Shown piece after piece: positions 1 through 10,235 of a stretch of DNA of 64,000 nucleotides. The notes under the pieces are model-generated. The model had not been told where the DNA came from. It ran no database searches and saw nothing but the letters and a program-made list of their open reading frames with translations. How positions within the stretch are numbered: position 1 is the stretch's first letter; each line of letters starts with the position of its first letter. The translations under genes were made by a program, and so were the position numbers. This stretch comes from Eudoraea sp. GTDB lineage: Bacteria > Bacteroidota > Bacteroidia > Flavobacteriales > Flavobacteriaceae. The stretch is from assembly GCF_039969275.1 (NCBI RefSeq), contig NZ_JBDVOC010000003.1, forward strand, positions 31,434-95,433, in the 5' to 3' direction.

Positions 1-819
1 CTGATTCACCAAAACTGATCTATCTAAACGGTTTTGTCTAATATCAGGTTTATCTAAAAATGTATGTGTATGTCCGCCTATTATAAGATCAATATTATCT
101 GTTTTTGCAGCTAGTTTTAGGTCACTTGGCCTTTCAGCATCTTGGTAGGAGTAACCCAAATGCGATAAACAAATTACCAAATCACATTGTTCTTCTTTTT
201 TTAATAAAACACTAATATCCTGTGCAATTTCAATAGGATTAAGATAAACGGTCTCTTTAAAAAGGTCCTTTCCAACAAGGCCAGTAAGTTTTATTCCCAA
301 TCCAAATACGCCAATCTTGATTCCATTAAGCAAAAATGTATTGTAGGCCTCTACAAAACCATGCATCACAGTATTGGTAAAATCATAATTTGCCGAGAGT
401 AATTTAAACCTAGCAAATGGCATCTGGGCCAAAAGGCCTTCGATACTATTGTCAAAGTCATGGTTACCAATTGTGGCAGCGTCATATTTAAGCATGCTCA
501 TCAATTTAAATTCCAATTCTCCCCCATAAAAATTAAAATAAGGAGTACCCTGGAAAATATCTCCGGCATCTAATAAAAGGGTATATGGATTTTCCTCTCT
601 GATTTTTTGAATCAATGTGGCCCTTCTGGCAATGCCGCCCATATTTGGAAAAGAATTATGTCCTTTTGGAAAAGGGTCTATATGACTGTGTACATCATTG
701 GTATGCAGTATTGTAATGTGTTTTGAATTCTGAAAATTACAACTATTCAAACTTAGGCCACCTACACCTATGTAGGTGCCGCCGGCAAAGGAATTTGTTA
801 CAAAGTCCCGTCTTTTCAT
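1..819 (-). CDS. Metallophosphoesterase, 5'-nucleotidase/UshA-like catalytic domain; 3' end runs off the window
   Basis: Hand translation of the minus strand from ATG 819-817 gives MKRRDFVTNSFAGG..HITILHTNDVHSH..LLDAGDIFQGTP..IGNHDFD, which are calcineurin-like phosphoesterase motifs. RRDF resembles a twin-arginine signal. The frame is open to position 1, so it is missing from the ORF track. ATGA overlap with the upstream ORF. Confidence 0.8.
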   Translation of the reverse strand, partial: MKRRDFVTNSFAGGTYIGVGGLSLNSCNFQNSKHITILHTNDVHSHIDPFPKGHNSFPNMGGIARRATLIQKIREENPYTLLLDAGDIFQGTPYFNFYGGELEFKLMSMLKYDAATIGNHDFDNSIEGLLAQMPFARFKLLSANYDFTNTVMHGFVEAYNTFLLNGIKIGVFGLGIKLTGLVGKDLFKETVYLNPIEIAQDISVLLKKEEQCDLVICLSHLGYSYQDAERPSDLKLAAKTDNIDLIIGGHTHTFLDKPDIRQNRLDRSVLVNQ

Positions 820-1586
820 TTCCATTCAATCTTAATAAAGCGGTCGTCCACTTTGGCGGTAAGGGTATCTACTTTTTTAAAATAATCAATCATTGCATTC
901 CTAATCAAATAATTTAGATCAACGGTGTTGAGACCATCTTTAAAAAATCCCATATCGTCACCACCATCTGCCAGGTAATTTGATGTAGCTACATAATAAG
1001 TTCTATTTTCATCAAAAGGCAAGCCCTGAATATTCACATCCTTAAGAGTTTCGTTATTATTCAAAACAATCTGCATACCCGCTATAGGGTGCGGATTTTT
1101 TGCGTTTATTAGAAAAGAAATAAGCTCCCTCACAGACTTGCCCTTAATTTCAACAACCACTATTGAATTATCAAACGGCATTACTTCATAAGCTGTTCTC
1201 GCACTTACTTTTCCTTCAGATATTACACTTCGAATACCGCCATGATTTGAAATTACAAAATCTACTTCTTGTCCAGTTCTCGATTTAAAAATGGGGTTAG
1301 ATTCACTAAGTATTATATCAGCCATTAAGTTTCCTGCTGAGGTATTGTATTTACCATCTTTCTTGCTTATTTGCTTAGGAGAATAGGCCAAAGCACTATC
1401 TAAAACTTCGTTAACGCGCTTTCTATAAGGGGCTACGAAACTATCTATTGAATCTGTAATATCTATGGAATCAGTAATTGGTAGTTGCTTACCAGATATT
1501 TTACTAAGCTTTTTCGGAGCGTCATTGCAGGCACAAAGACAAGTAATTGTTACAAAAATAACAAAATGTTGTATTTTTAAATTCAT
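816..1586 (-). CDS. 5'-nucleotidase C-terminal (substrate-binding) domain lipoprotein
   Basis: 256-aa ORF. Signal peptide with lipobox (ITCLCAC). Segments such as GNLMADII, VISNHGGIRS and YVATSNYLADGGDD are typical of the 5'-nucleotidase C-terminal domain. Confidence 0.8.
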   Translation of the reverse strand: MNLKIQHFVIFVTITCLCACNDAPKKLSKISGKQLPITDSIDITDSIDSFVAPYRKRVNEVLDSALAYSPKQISKKDGKYNTSAGNLMADIILSESNPIFKSRTGQEVDFVISNHGGIRSVISEGKVSARTAYEVMPFDNSIVVVEIKGKSVRELISFLINAKNPHPIAGMQIVLNNNETLKDVNIQGLPFDENRTYYVATSNYLADGGDDMGFFKDGLNTVDLNYLIRNAMIDYFKKVDTLTAKVDDRFIKIEWK

Positions 1587-1652
1587 TATCCTTTTTATCT
1601 TAGCATAATAATTGCTTGGATATTAATTACATTTGCCTAAAGGTAAAGGTAC

Positions 1653-2192
1653 ATGTTTTTAAAGGCACTTAAAGATAAATTTAAATACAAATCCGGGTTA
1701 AAATATTTAAAGGAACAATTTGAAAATCCGCCAGATGCTGTATTACGCAAAAATGGTATTTTGTCGATCGCCATTATTGTAGATCTTGATAAATTTGATA
1801 AAGCGGAATTGTTCTATGAATTTGTAGAAGACTTTAACTTAAGGCCCAATGCGGTTAAAATTATCGGGTACAAAAATTATTACGATAAGAATTCACCTTA
1901 TGCAACCCCTGTTTTTTCGGATAAAGACCTTGGTTGGAACGGGGACATAGAAAATAGTTATGCCCTGGAGTTTTTGAGCAGGGAATACGATATGCTGGTG
2001 AATTATTATAGTGAGGAGAATTTAATGCTCCAGTTAATGTCCATAAAGACCAGAGCAAGAATTAATGTTGGTTTTGCGGAGATAGACGAAAGGCATAATG
2101 ATCTAATATTAGAGACATCGCTCTCAGACTTTAAGACTTTTAAGAAAGAGCTTAAAAAATATCTTAAAGTTTTGGGTGAAATTGATGCTTGA
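1653..2192 (+). CDS. Conserved hypothetical protein
   Basis: 179-aa ORF with normal coding composition, sitting 12 nt upstream of dapA. I do not recognise a domain. Confidence 0.6.
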   Translation: MFLKALKDKFKYKSGLKYLKEQFENPPDAVLRKNGILSIAIIVDLDKFDKAELFYEFVEDFNLRPNAVKIIGYKNYYDKNSPYATPVFSDKDLGWNGDIENSYALEFLSREYDMLVNYYSEENLMLQLMSIKTRARINVGFAEIDERHNDLILETSLSDFKTFKKELKKYLKVLGEIDA

Positions 2193-2203
2193 TATAAGTA
2201 ACT

Positions 2204-3094
2204 ATGAAAATTTTATTAGGAACAGGGGTTGCATTGATAACTCCTTTTAAACTTGATTTGTCTATTGATATTGACGCCTTAAAACGCGTGGTAAACTTTT
2301 GCATTGAAGGAAATGTTGATTACCTTGTTGTATTAGGTACAACCGGAGAATCTGCAACACTTACCAGTTCTGAAAAACAATTAGTAATTGATGTGGTTGT
2401 TGAAGAAAACGCCGGAAGGCTTCCCCTTGTTGTTGGCATCGGAGGCAACAATACACAACTTCTAACTGAGGAATTACTTAAAACCAATCTTAAGGATTTT
2501 GCGGCGGTCTTATCCGTATCACCTTACTACAATAAACCTACTCAGGAGGGAATTTACCGCCATTTTAAAACTTTGGCACAAGCCTCTGAAAAGCCTCTCA
2601 TTTTATACAATGTGCCTGGAAGAACCGGAAGCAATATTGAACCGGATACGGTTCTCAGACTTGCAAATGATTGTTCTAATATTGTTGGAATAAAAGAAGC
2701 TTCCGGCGATATGGCTCAGATTAGAAGTTTGATAAATAAATTACCCTCAGATTTTTTGGTGATTTCGGGCGATGATTTTACGGCATACCCAACAGTTATA
2801 GCCGGTGGGGTAGGGGTTATTTCTGTTTTAGGACAAGGTCTGCCCAATGAATTATCCAGAATGATAAGGTTGGGATTACAAGGTAAGGAAGAAGAAGCTT
2901 TTGCATTACATAATGCGATGATAGAGGGAATGAAATTAATTTTTCAGGAGGGAAATCCCGCAGGGATAAAATCGATTTTGGAAGCTCGAGGAATTTGTAG
3001 ACCAACAGTGCGTTTACCGTTGGTAGAAGCATCCTCAGAACTTAAAGGGCGTATAAACGAATTTATGAGGGCTTTTACAAAAATTGGAGCTTAA
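2204..3094 (+). CDS. dapA: 4-hydroxy-tetrahydrodipicolinate synthase
   Basis: 296 aa. [28 protein letters not shown] and GIKEASGD are DapA hallmarks, including the Schiff-base lysine context. Confidence 0.93.
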   Translation: MKILLGTGVALITPFKLDLSIDIDALKRVVNFCIEGNVDYLVVLGTTGESATLTSSEKQLVIDVVVEENAGRLPLVVGIGGNNTQLLTEELLKTNLKDFAAVLSVSPYYNKPTQEGIYRHFKTLAQASEKPLILYNVPGRTGSNIEPDTVLRLANDCSNIVGIKEASGDMAQIRSLINKLPSDFLVISGDDFTAYPTVIAGGVGVISVLGQGLPNELSRMIRLGLQGKEEEAFALHNAMIEGMKLIFQEGNPAGIKSILEARGICRPTVRLPLVEASSELKGRINEFMRAFTKIGA

Positions 3095-3253
3095 GTTAAT
3101 GGTTGAATTTTTTCTCAAAACCGCAATTTGCAGTATTATAACAGATTTGAAAAAGCCAAATTTGGGTTAAATCCCCTTTTAATGGCCTTAGAGGTGCTAT
3201 CTTAGCCTTTAATTAATGTTTTTTATTCCGTCAATTATTCCTAATTTTGCAAA

Positions 3254-4096
3254 ATGTTTTTTAGAACCAAATATCTTTTCATCTTACTCATTACCACATT
3301 TGTCTTAAATTCATGTGGTGAATACCAGAAGGTATTAAAAAAGCCTAATACAAAAGCAAAGTATGAACTTGCAGAAAAGCTATATGATGAAGGGGATTTT
3401 AAAAAAGCCAATCGCTTATTAGAACAAATTGCTCCGGGATATGTGGGTAAACCACAGGGAGAGCGAGTAATGTTCTTTTTTGCCAACAGTTACTTTGAAA
3501 TTAAGGATTACAATTTTGCCGGTTATCAGTTTGAACGCTTTTTGAAGTCCTACCCTAAAAGTGATAAGGCCTCTGAAGCTGCATTTCTTGGAGCGAAAAG
3601 TTATTATATGCTTTCACCCAAGTTTTCTGTAGACCAGACCGATACGGACAAGGCCTTAACCAAATTGCAGTTGTTTATTAATCTTTATCCTGAATCTGAG
3701 TACTTTGCAGAGGCAAATATTATGGCAAAGGAATTAACAACCAAGAAAGAACGGAAAGCTTTTGAAGTTGCTAAACAATTTACAAAACTTGGAAAGTCAT
3801 ATATATTGGACTATAGCGTTTCCGCCATTGCATCCTTAGATAATTTTATTTCGGATCACCCCGGATCAATTTATTACGAGGATGCACTGTATCTGAAAAT
3901 TGAAGCAACTACGAATTTAGCCTTAAACAGTACAGAGAATCGCAAAAAAGAGCGTCTGGATGATGCCAGAATGGCATATAATAATTTGTTCAAATACTTT
4001 CCTGAGACTAAATATAAGGAAGTTGCCAATGATTTGATTGAAAAAGTAGATGAGCAATTAAACAATTTTTCCGAACAAAAAAACCTTTCAAAATGA
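3254..4096 (+). CDS. bamD: Outer membrane protein assembly factor BamD (TPR lipoprotein)
   Basis: 280 aa. Lipobox LNSC, TPR-like helical repeats, and the conserved Bacteroidota synteny bamD-rpoZ-coaBC. Confidence 0.8.
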   Translation: MFFRTKYLFILLITTFVLNSCGEYQKVLKKPNTKAKYELAEKLYDEGDFKKANRLLEQIAPGYVGKPQGERVMFFFANSYFEIKDYNFAGYQFERFLKSYPKSDKASEAAFLGAKSYYMLSPKFSVDQTDTDKALTKLQLFINLYPESEYFAEANIMAKELTTKKERKAFEVAKQFTKLGKSYILDYSVSAIASLDNFISDHPGSIYYEDALYLKIEATTNLALNSTENRKKERLDDARMAYNNLFKYFPETKYKEVANDLIEKVDEQLNNFSEQKNLSK

Positions 4097-4425
4097 ATAT
4101 GAACGATTTGAAGAATTCCAAAGCCCCGGTTTCAACTGTTACCGTCAACAGAAATGAGTTTGATGATAAGACAGATAATATTTATGAGGCTATATCAATA
4201 ACAGCCAAAAGAGCGATCCAGATTAATTCTGAAATTAAAAAGGAACTTCTGGAAAAACTTGAAGAATTTGCCACATATAGCGATAGCCTTGAGGAGGTAT
4301 TTGAAAATAAGGAGCAAATTGAAGTTTCAAAATTTTATGAAAAACTTCCAAAACCACATGCTTTGGCATTAATGGAATGGTTAGAAGATAAAATTTACCA
4401 TAGGAATACAGAGAAAGACCAGTAG
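4093..4425 (+). CDS. rpoZ: DNA-directed RNA polymerase subunit omega (Bacteroidota type)
   Basis: 110 aa. YEAISITAKRAIQIN is an Rpb6/omega-like core. ATGA overlap with bamD and position immediately upstream of coaBC. Confidence 0.7.
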   Translation: MNMNDLKNSKAPVSTVTVNRNEFDDKTDNIYEAISITAKRAIQINSEIKKELLEKLEEFATYSDSLEEVFENKEQIEVSKFYEKLPKPHALALMEWLEDKIYHRNTEKDQ

Positions 4426-4429
4426 TAAT

Positions 4430-5635
4430 ATGTTAGGCGGCAAAAAAATCCTATTAGGTATTACCGGGGGTATCGCTGCTTACAAAACTACTTTTCTGGT
4501 TAGATTATTTATAAAAGCAGGCGCTGAAGTTAAAGTTATCTTAACTGAAAGCGCTCTTTCATTTGTTACCCCTCTTACTTTAGCTACCTTATCAAAGAAT
4601 CCTGTACTAACCAGTTTTATCAAAGAAGAAGAAGAGAACGTGGATTGGAACAACCATGTAGATCTTGGCTTATGGGCTGATTTAATGCTTATTGCTCCGG
4701 CTACGGCTAATACCCTGAGTAAAATGGCAAGTGGTACTTGTGATAATTTATTGCTAGCTACTTACCTATCAGCTAAATGCCCGGTATTTTTTGCCCCAGC
4801 GATGGATCTGGATATGTATAAACATCCAACCACAAAAGCGAGTCTTAAAAAATTACAGACTTTTGACAATATCATGATTCCAGCCGGAAAAGGTGAATTA
4901 GCAAGTGGATTATTTGGTGAAGGACGAATGGCAGAACCCGAAGATATCGTGCAGTTTATTCAGGACTATCTTTCCAGTAACTTGCCGTTAAAAGGAAAAA
5001 AAATATTAATTACAGCCGGGCCCACATATGAAGCCATAGACCCTGTGCGTTTCGTTGGCAATCATTCCTCTGGTCTTATGGGATTTGAATTGGCAAATGC
5101 AGCTGCCAAACTTGGGGCAGAAATTGTATTGGTATCAGGTCCTTCAGGCTTAACAACGAATAATCCTTCTATTGAAATAGTAAGGGTAGTGTCTGCTCAG
5201 GAAATGTTTAATGCGGTTCATAAGTATTATAATGAATGCGACATCGCTGTATGTGCTGCTGCTGTTTCTGATTACAGACCAAGCAAGGTATCCGAACAAA
5301 AAATAAAAAAAGAATCTGAAACCCTTCAAATTGATTTTGTTAAAAATAAAGATATTCTATTATCAATGGGAGATAAGAAGAAGGATCAATATTTAGTGGG
5401 CTTTGCATTGGAGACTGAAAACGAGCTTGAGAATGCCAAAAAGAAATTGCAAAAAAAGAATTTGGATGCCATTGTTCTGAATTCACTTAATGACGAAGAT
5501 GCTGGGTTCGGGAAAACAACAAACAAAATAACATTTATAGATAAGAATTTAGAGATAAAAACGTTTGAAGTTAAGAATAAGGCTGAAGTAGCCTTAGATA
5601 TATGGAACGAAATCATCAGTAGGGGTCATGCGTAA
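4430..5635 (+). CDS. coaBC: Bifunctional phosphopantothenoylcysteine decarboxylase / phosphopantothenate-cysteine ligase
   Basis: 401 aa. N-terminal flavoprotein domain (GITGGIAAYK, PATANTL) and C-terminal DFP/CoaB domain (ITAGPTYEAIDPVRFVGNHSSG). Confidence 0.93.
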   Translation: MLGGKKILLGITGGIAAYKTTFLVRLFIKAGAEVKVILTESALSFVTPLTLATLSKNPVLTSFIKEEEENVDWNNHVDLGLWADLMLIAPATANTLSKMASGTCDNLLLATYLSAKCPVFFAPAMDLDMYKHPTTKASLKKLQTFDNIMIPAGKGELASGLFGEGRMAEPEDIVQFIQDYLSSNLPLKGKKILITAGPTYEAIDPVRFVGNHSSGLMGFELANAAAKLGAEIVLVSGPSGLTTNNPSIEIVRVVSAQEMFNAVHKYYNECDIAVCAAAVSDYRPSKVSEQKIKKESETLQIDFVKNKDILLSMGDKKKDQYLVGFALETENELENAKKKLQKKNLDAIVLNSLNDEDAGFGKTTNKITFIDKNLEIKTFEVKNKAEVALDIWNEIISRGHA

Positions 5636-6521
5636 TTTTTTTATTCTCTTATTTAGCCTTCTTTTTGCTAATTACATTAGTGCCCAGGAACTTAATTGTA
5701 CAATAACAGTTAATGCGGATCAGGTAAACCAGACAAATAGGCAAATATTTGGGACTTTAGAACGTGCATTGAATGATTTTGTTAATAAAAGTCAATGGAC
5801 AAATAGGATTTACAAGGAAAATGAGAAAGTAAATGCCAGGATGTTTATTACTGTAACCGACTACGCGTCAGACAGATTTAGTGCAAATATTCAGATCCAG
5901 TCTTCTCGTCCTGTATTTAATACCTCTTACGAAAGCCCCATTTTTAATTATAAGGACAATCAGTTCAATTTTCAGTATATAGAGTTTCAACCTTTGGTTT
6001 ATAACCCGAATGTTTTTGATTCTAACTTGGTTGGAGTTATTTCCTATTATGTATATATATTACTGGGACTTGATGCTGATACTTTTGCTTTGGAGGGAGG
6101 GACAGAATTTTATAAAGAGGCACAGCAAATTGTGACCCAGGCTCAGGGTAGTAATTTTTCGGGTTGGAGGCAAACGGCTTCAGATAATAGGACACGATTT
6201 GAGTTGGTTGATAACCTTCTGTCAAATACATTTAGAGAATATAGAATTGCCATGTACAATTATCACCGAAAGGGTTTGGATATTTTAGGAGATAATAATA
6301 GCACTGGCAAGCAAGTGATAGCAGGGTCTATGAGGTTGTTTGAGACTTTGACGCAAAGAAGACCTAACGCATTCTTAATACAAACTTTCTTTGATGCCAA
6401 ATCTGAGGAAATACAAGACATCTTTTCTGATGGGCCTAAAGTTGATATTGTTGCCCTAAAAGAGACATTAAATAAAGTAGCTCCATTTTATTCCACAACT
6501 TGGGATGAAATAACATATTAA
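5628..6521 (+). CDS. DUF4835-family secreted protein (I recall this family being named T9SS PorD; low certainty)
   Basis: 297 aa with a signal peptide (ANYISAQ). Sits in the conserved slot between coaBC and recN in Bacteroidota. Confidence 0.6.
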   Translation: MRNFFILLFSLLFANYISAQELNCTITVNADQVNQTNRQIFGTLERALNDFVNKSQWTNRIYKENEKVNARMFITVTDYASDRFSANIQIQSSRPVFNTSYESPIFNYKDNQFNFQYIEFQPLVYNPNVFDSNLVGVISYYVYILLGLDADTFALEGGTEFYKEAQQIVTQAQGSNFSGWRQTASDNRTRFELVDNLLSNTFREYRIAMYNYHRKGLDILGDNNSTGKQVIAGSMRLFETLTQRRPNAFLIQTFFDAKSEEIQDIFSDGPKVDIVALKETLNKVAPFYSTTWDEITY

Positions 6522-6581
6522 CCACTTCACTTTCATTCCAATAATAATTTATCTTTACAGACCATATTATATTATATAGCT

Positions 6582-8234
6582 GTGCTGATAAATCTGTCTA
6601 TAAAAAATTATGCATTAATCGATAATCTCAACGTAAATTTCACTGGGGGATTTACTACTATTACGGGTGAAACGGGTGCCGGTAAGTCTATTCTTTTAGG
6701 AGGCCTTTCCCTGGTTTTAGGAAAACGTGCAGACATGTCTTCTCTAAAGGATAAAGACAGTAGATGTGTAATAGAAGCTGTTTTTGATATCGAAAATTAT
6801 GATTTAAAATCATTTTTTAATGAGCATGATCTGGAGTATGACTCCAATACTATTGTTCGTAGAGAAATTCATCCCAGTGGTAAATCCAGAGCATTTGTAA
6901 ATGATTCACCTCTAACGCTCGACATACTTACACAACTGGGGAAACGCCTGATCGATATTCATTCACAACATCAAACGCTGCAATTGACAGAACATGATTA
7001 TCAATTGAAAATGCTGGATGCCTTTGCAGACAATACAAAATTGTTAGGCACATATAATCGTAAACTCCATACATATAAAACCAACTTAAGAGAGTTGGAT
7101 GAGTTAACTGAGTTTCAAAAAAATGCAAATAAGGAGTATGATTACAATACGTTCTTGTTAGATGAATTGGATGCTGTATTTCTTGAAGACGGACTCCAGG
7201 AAAATTTGGAAGAGAAATATCAGCAATTGAACAATGTAGAGATAATTCTTGAAAATCTATCTAAGGGGAATCACCTTCTGAGTGATGAACATAGGGGTAT
7301 TATAAGCATGCTTTCGGAACTTAAACTGGTATCCTCCAAGCTTTCTGGAATAGGAAATAAATTTGAGGATCTTAAGAAAAGAATTGATTCTGTTTTTATT
7401 GAAATAAAGGATATTGCAGAAGAAATGCTAATGCTTCAGGAATCTGTTGAACCAGATCCTGCAAAGCTTGAGGAAATAAGCAATAGATTACAGGTTTTAT
7501 ATGACCTCCAAAGAAAACATGACGTAAGCAGCATCTCTGCGTTGCTTGCAGTAAAAGAAACAATTGCAGCCAAGGTAGGTGCTACACAAAATCTTGAAGA
7601 GGAAATAGAAACAAAAAGAAATTTGCTTTTGAAGTTAAAAGATAACCTGGATGAAGATGCCAAGCTATTAACTTCACGAAGGGCTGTTGCAATTCCTGAG
7701 ATCAAAGAAAAACTTGAACTTTCTTTGCATTCCCTCGGATTGCCTAATGCTACTTTCAAGATTGAGATTATTCCAACCGAAGATTATAAAAGTAATGGCC
7801 GGGATACCTTATCTTTTTTGTTTTCCGCAAATAAAGGCTCAGATTACAATACTTTAAAAAAGGTAGCTTCAGGGGGTGAACTTTCCAGGATTATGCTTGT
7901 AATAAAATCAATACTCGCCAGATATGAACAATTACCCACTCTGATGTTTGATGAAATAGATAGTGGGGTTTCAGGTGAAATCTCAAATAGAATGGGAGAT
8001 ATTATGCATAATATGAGTAAGTATATGCAGGTTTTTTCGATAACACACCTTCCGCAAATTGCTTCAAAAGGCGATCATCATTTCAAAGTATTTAAAACAG
8101 ACAAGGACCATAGTACTGAAACTCAAATGAAAGAATTATTGGCAGACGAAAGAGTATTTGAACTGGCAGAAATGCTTGGTGGGAAAAAATTATCAGACTC
8201 GGCAATGGCCCATGCCAGACAGTTGCTCAACTAG
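6582..8234 (+). CDS. recN: DNA repair protein RecN
   Basis: 550 aa with a GTG start. MLINLSIKNYALID, Walker A GETGAGKS, long coiled coil, SMC signature SGGELSR and Walker B LMFDEIDSG. Confidence 0.93.
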   Translation: MLINLSIKNYALIDNLNVNFTGGFTTITGETGAGKSILLGGLSLVLGKRADMSSLKDKDSRCVIEAVFDIENYDLKSFFNEHDLEYDSNTIVRREIHPSGKSRAFVNDSPLTLDILTQLGKRLIDIHSQHQTLQLTEHDYQLKMLDAFADNTKLLGTYNRKLHTYKTNLRELDELTEFQKNANKEYDYNTFLLDELDAVFLEDGLQENLEEKYQQLNNVEIILENLSKGNHLLSDEHRGIISMLSELKLVSSKLSGIGNKFEDLKKRIDSVFIEIKDIAEEMLMLQESVEPDPAKLEEISNRLQVLYDLQRKHDVSSISALLAVKETIAAKVGATQNLEEEIETKRNLLLKLKDNLDEDAKLLTSRRAVAIPEIKEKLELSLHSLGLPNATFKIEIIPTEDYKSNGRDTLSFLFSANKGSDYNTLKKVASGGELSRIMLVIKSILARYEQLPTLMFDEIDSGVSGEISNRMGDIMHNMSKYMQVFSITHLPQIASKGDHHFKVFKTDKDHSTETQMKELLADERVFELAEMLGGKKLSDSAMAHARQLLN

Positions 8235-8321
8235 GCTTATTTGTAGCATGGCAATTTCAAGTCGTTCTTTCAACTAATTTAAATATCTTTGACCTCATAA
8301 TCAAACTAACAGAACTGGAAT

Positions 8322-9188
8322 ATGGCTTATAATTTATTAAAAGGTAAAAAAGGAATTATTTTCGGTGCACTAGATGCAAATTCAATTGCTTGGAAAACTG
8401 CTGAGCGCATTCATGAAGAAGGCGGTACGTTTGTACTAACTAATGCACCAATTGCTTTAAGAATGGGAACTATTTCTGAACTTGCTGAAAAAACCAATTC
8501 TGAAATCATTCCTGCAGATGCTACATCGATGATGGATCTTGAAAACCTAGTTGATAAATCAATGGAAATTTTAGGCGGAAAACTAGATTTTGTATTACAC
8601 TCTATTGGAATGTCGGTAAATGTTAGAAGAGGTAACCCATATACACATCAGGATTATAATTTCACAAAAACGGGTTGGGATGTTTCTGCATTATCATTTC
8701 ATAGAACAATGAGTGTGCTTTATAATAAAGATGCTGTCAGGGAATGGGGAAGCATACTTGCCTTGACGTATATGGCAGCACAACGGGTATTTCCGGATTA
8801 TAATGATATGGCTGATAATAAAGCCTATTTGGAATCTGTAGCGCGTAGTTTCGGGTATTTTTTCGGTAGAGATAAAAAAGTTAGAGTTAACACGATTTCC
8901 CAGTCGCCAACACCTACAACAGCAGGTAGTGGCGTTAAAGGTTTTGATGGTTTTTTGGCTTTTGCAGAAAAAATGTCTCCACTTGGTAATGCAACGGCAT
9001 CAGAATGTGCAGATTATATTGTGACCATGTTCTCAGACCTAACTAAAAAAGTAACACTACAGAATTTATTCCACGATGGAGGTTTCTCTAATATGGGTAT
9101 AAGCACCGCTATAATGGATGATTTCATGAAAAACAATGCTCCAGAAGTAACAGTAGCAGAGACTGTGAAGAAAGAGCGTAAGAAATAG
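8322..9188 (+). CDS. fabI: Enoyl-[acyl-carrier-protein] reductase (NADH), FabI
   Basis: 288 aa. LKGKKGIIFG..SIAW N-terminus and SDR-like FabI core with the Y..M..K region. Confidence 0.85.
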   Translation: MAYNLLKGKKGIIFGALDANSIAWKTAERIHEEGGTFVLTNAPIALRMGTISELAEKTNSEIIPADATSMMDLENLVDKSMEILGGKLDFVLHSIGMSVNVRRGNPYTHQDYNFTKTGWDVSALSFHRTMSVLYNKDAVREWGSILALTYMAAQRVFPDYNDMADNKAYLESVARSFGYFFGRDKKVRVNTISQSPTPTTAGSGVKGFDGFLAFAEKMSPLGNATASECADYIVTMFSDLTKKVTLQNLFHDGGFSNMGISTAIMDDFMKNNAPEVTVAETVKKERKK

Positions 9189-9213
9189 AAATTGACTTTT
9201 AACTATATATACA

Positions 9214-9245
9214 AAAGGAGGTCTTCATAAGACCTCCTTTTTTTG
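9214..9245 (+). terminator. Rho-independent terminator after fabI
   Basis: 10-bp stem (aaaggaggtc / gacctccttt) with a 7-nt loop, followed by TTTT. Confidence 0.8.
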
Positions 9246-9299
9246 TGCCATTTTTTCCCAAGTATGAGTTATGTCACCTTTTTGACGAAAGAGATGTAT

Positions 9300-9307
9300 T
9301 ATTTTTG
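9300..9307 (+). promoter_or_regulatory. Bacteroidota -7 box (TAnnTTTG) upstream of etfB
   Basis: TATTTTTG lies 33 nt upstream of the etfB ATG. A TTTG at 9281-9284 could be the -33 element, though the spacer is shorter than the usual ~19 nt. Confidence 0.45.
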
Positions 9308-9339
9308 GAAATATTCATCAGATAATTCAAATAACACTT

Positions 9340-10215
9340 ATGAGACCACTCAAAATAGTTGTGCTTATTAAGCAAGTGCCAGACACAAGAAATGTTGGTC
9401 CGGATGCAATGAAGCCAGATGGTACTGTAAATAGAGGAAAGTTAGATACCGTATTCAACCCTGATGATTTGCATGCTTTGGAATTAGCACTTAATTTAAA
9501 AGACCGTATCCCTGGAAGCGAAGTTACTGTTATGACTATGGGTCCTAGACGAGCAGCTGATATTATTAGAGATAGTTTATATAGAGGCGCAGATAATGGA
9601 ATAATGATCTCAGATAAGCGTTTCGGAGGCGCAGATACTTTGGCAACAAGTTATACGCTTGTTAGAGCAATTCAAAAATTGCCTTCATACGATATCATAA
9701 TGGGAGGAAGGCAAGCAATAGATGGTGATACTGCTCAAGTTGGCCCGCAATGTGCAGAGAAACTAGGAGTCCCCCAAGTAACTTATGTAGAAGAAATTAT
9801 TTCAATTACAAATGATGAGGTTATTGCAAAACGACGATTATCAAAAGGGGTTGAAACCGTTTCCTCACCACTTCCATGCTTAATGACCGTACATGGTGCC
9901 TCTCCTGCATGTAGATCTAAAGAAGCAAAACGAGTAATGCAATACAAATATGCTAGAACTAACTCCGAAATTCGTAAAAATGATGAGTTCGTAAAAGCAT
10001 TACATTCTAAAAGACCATATTTAACTATACCGGAGTGGGGGGTAGAAGATATTGATGCAGATGTTACCAAAATCGGATTATCAGGTTCACCGACAAAAGT
10101 TAAGAGTGTTGAAAGTATAGTTTTAACGGCGAATGAAGCAAAAGTATTATCAGATTCGGATTTGGATATAGAAAATATGATTAAGGAGTTAATTGACCAC
10201 CATATAATTGGATGA
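9340..10215 (+). CDS. etfB: Electron transfer flavoprotein beta subunit (FixA family, group-2 type)
   Basis: 291 aa. VLIKQVPD start and the GGRQAIDGDTAQVGPQ motif. Confidence 0.9.
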   Translation: MRPLKIVVLIKQVPDTRNVGPDAMKPDGTVNRGKLDTVFNPDDLHALELALNLKDRIPGSEVTVMTMGPRRAADIIRDSLYRGADNGIMISDKRFGGADTLATSYTLVRAIQKLPSYDIIMGGRQAIDGDTAQVGPQCAEKLGVPQVTYVEEIISITNDEVIAKRRLSKGVETVSSPLPCLMTVHGASPACRSKEAKRVMQYKYARTNSEIRKNDEFVKALHSKRPYLTIPEWGVEDIDADVTKIGLSGSPTKVKSVESIVLTANEAKVLSDSDLDIENMIKELIDHHIIG

Positions 10216-10235
10216 TCACCACTAAATAAATTAAA

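Noticed and set aside
723-917. 64-aa plus-strand ORF across the junction of the two 5'-nucleotidase genes
   Set aside because: It is antisense to two overlapping, well-supported minus-strand genes, and its translation has no features.
3242-3249. TAATTTTG box 5 nt upstream of the bamD ATG (possible leaderless mRNA)
   Set aside because: The expected transcription start would fall on or after the start codon. With one motif and no transcript data I cannot separate a leaderless mRNA from a chance match in AT-rich DNA.
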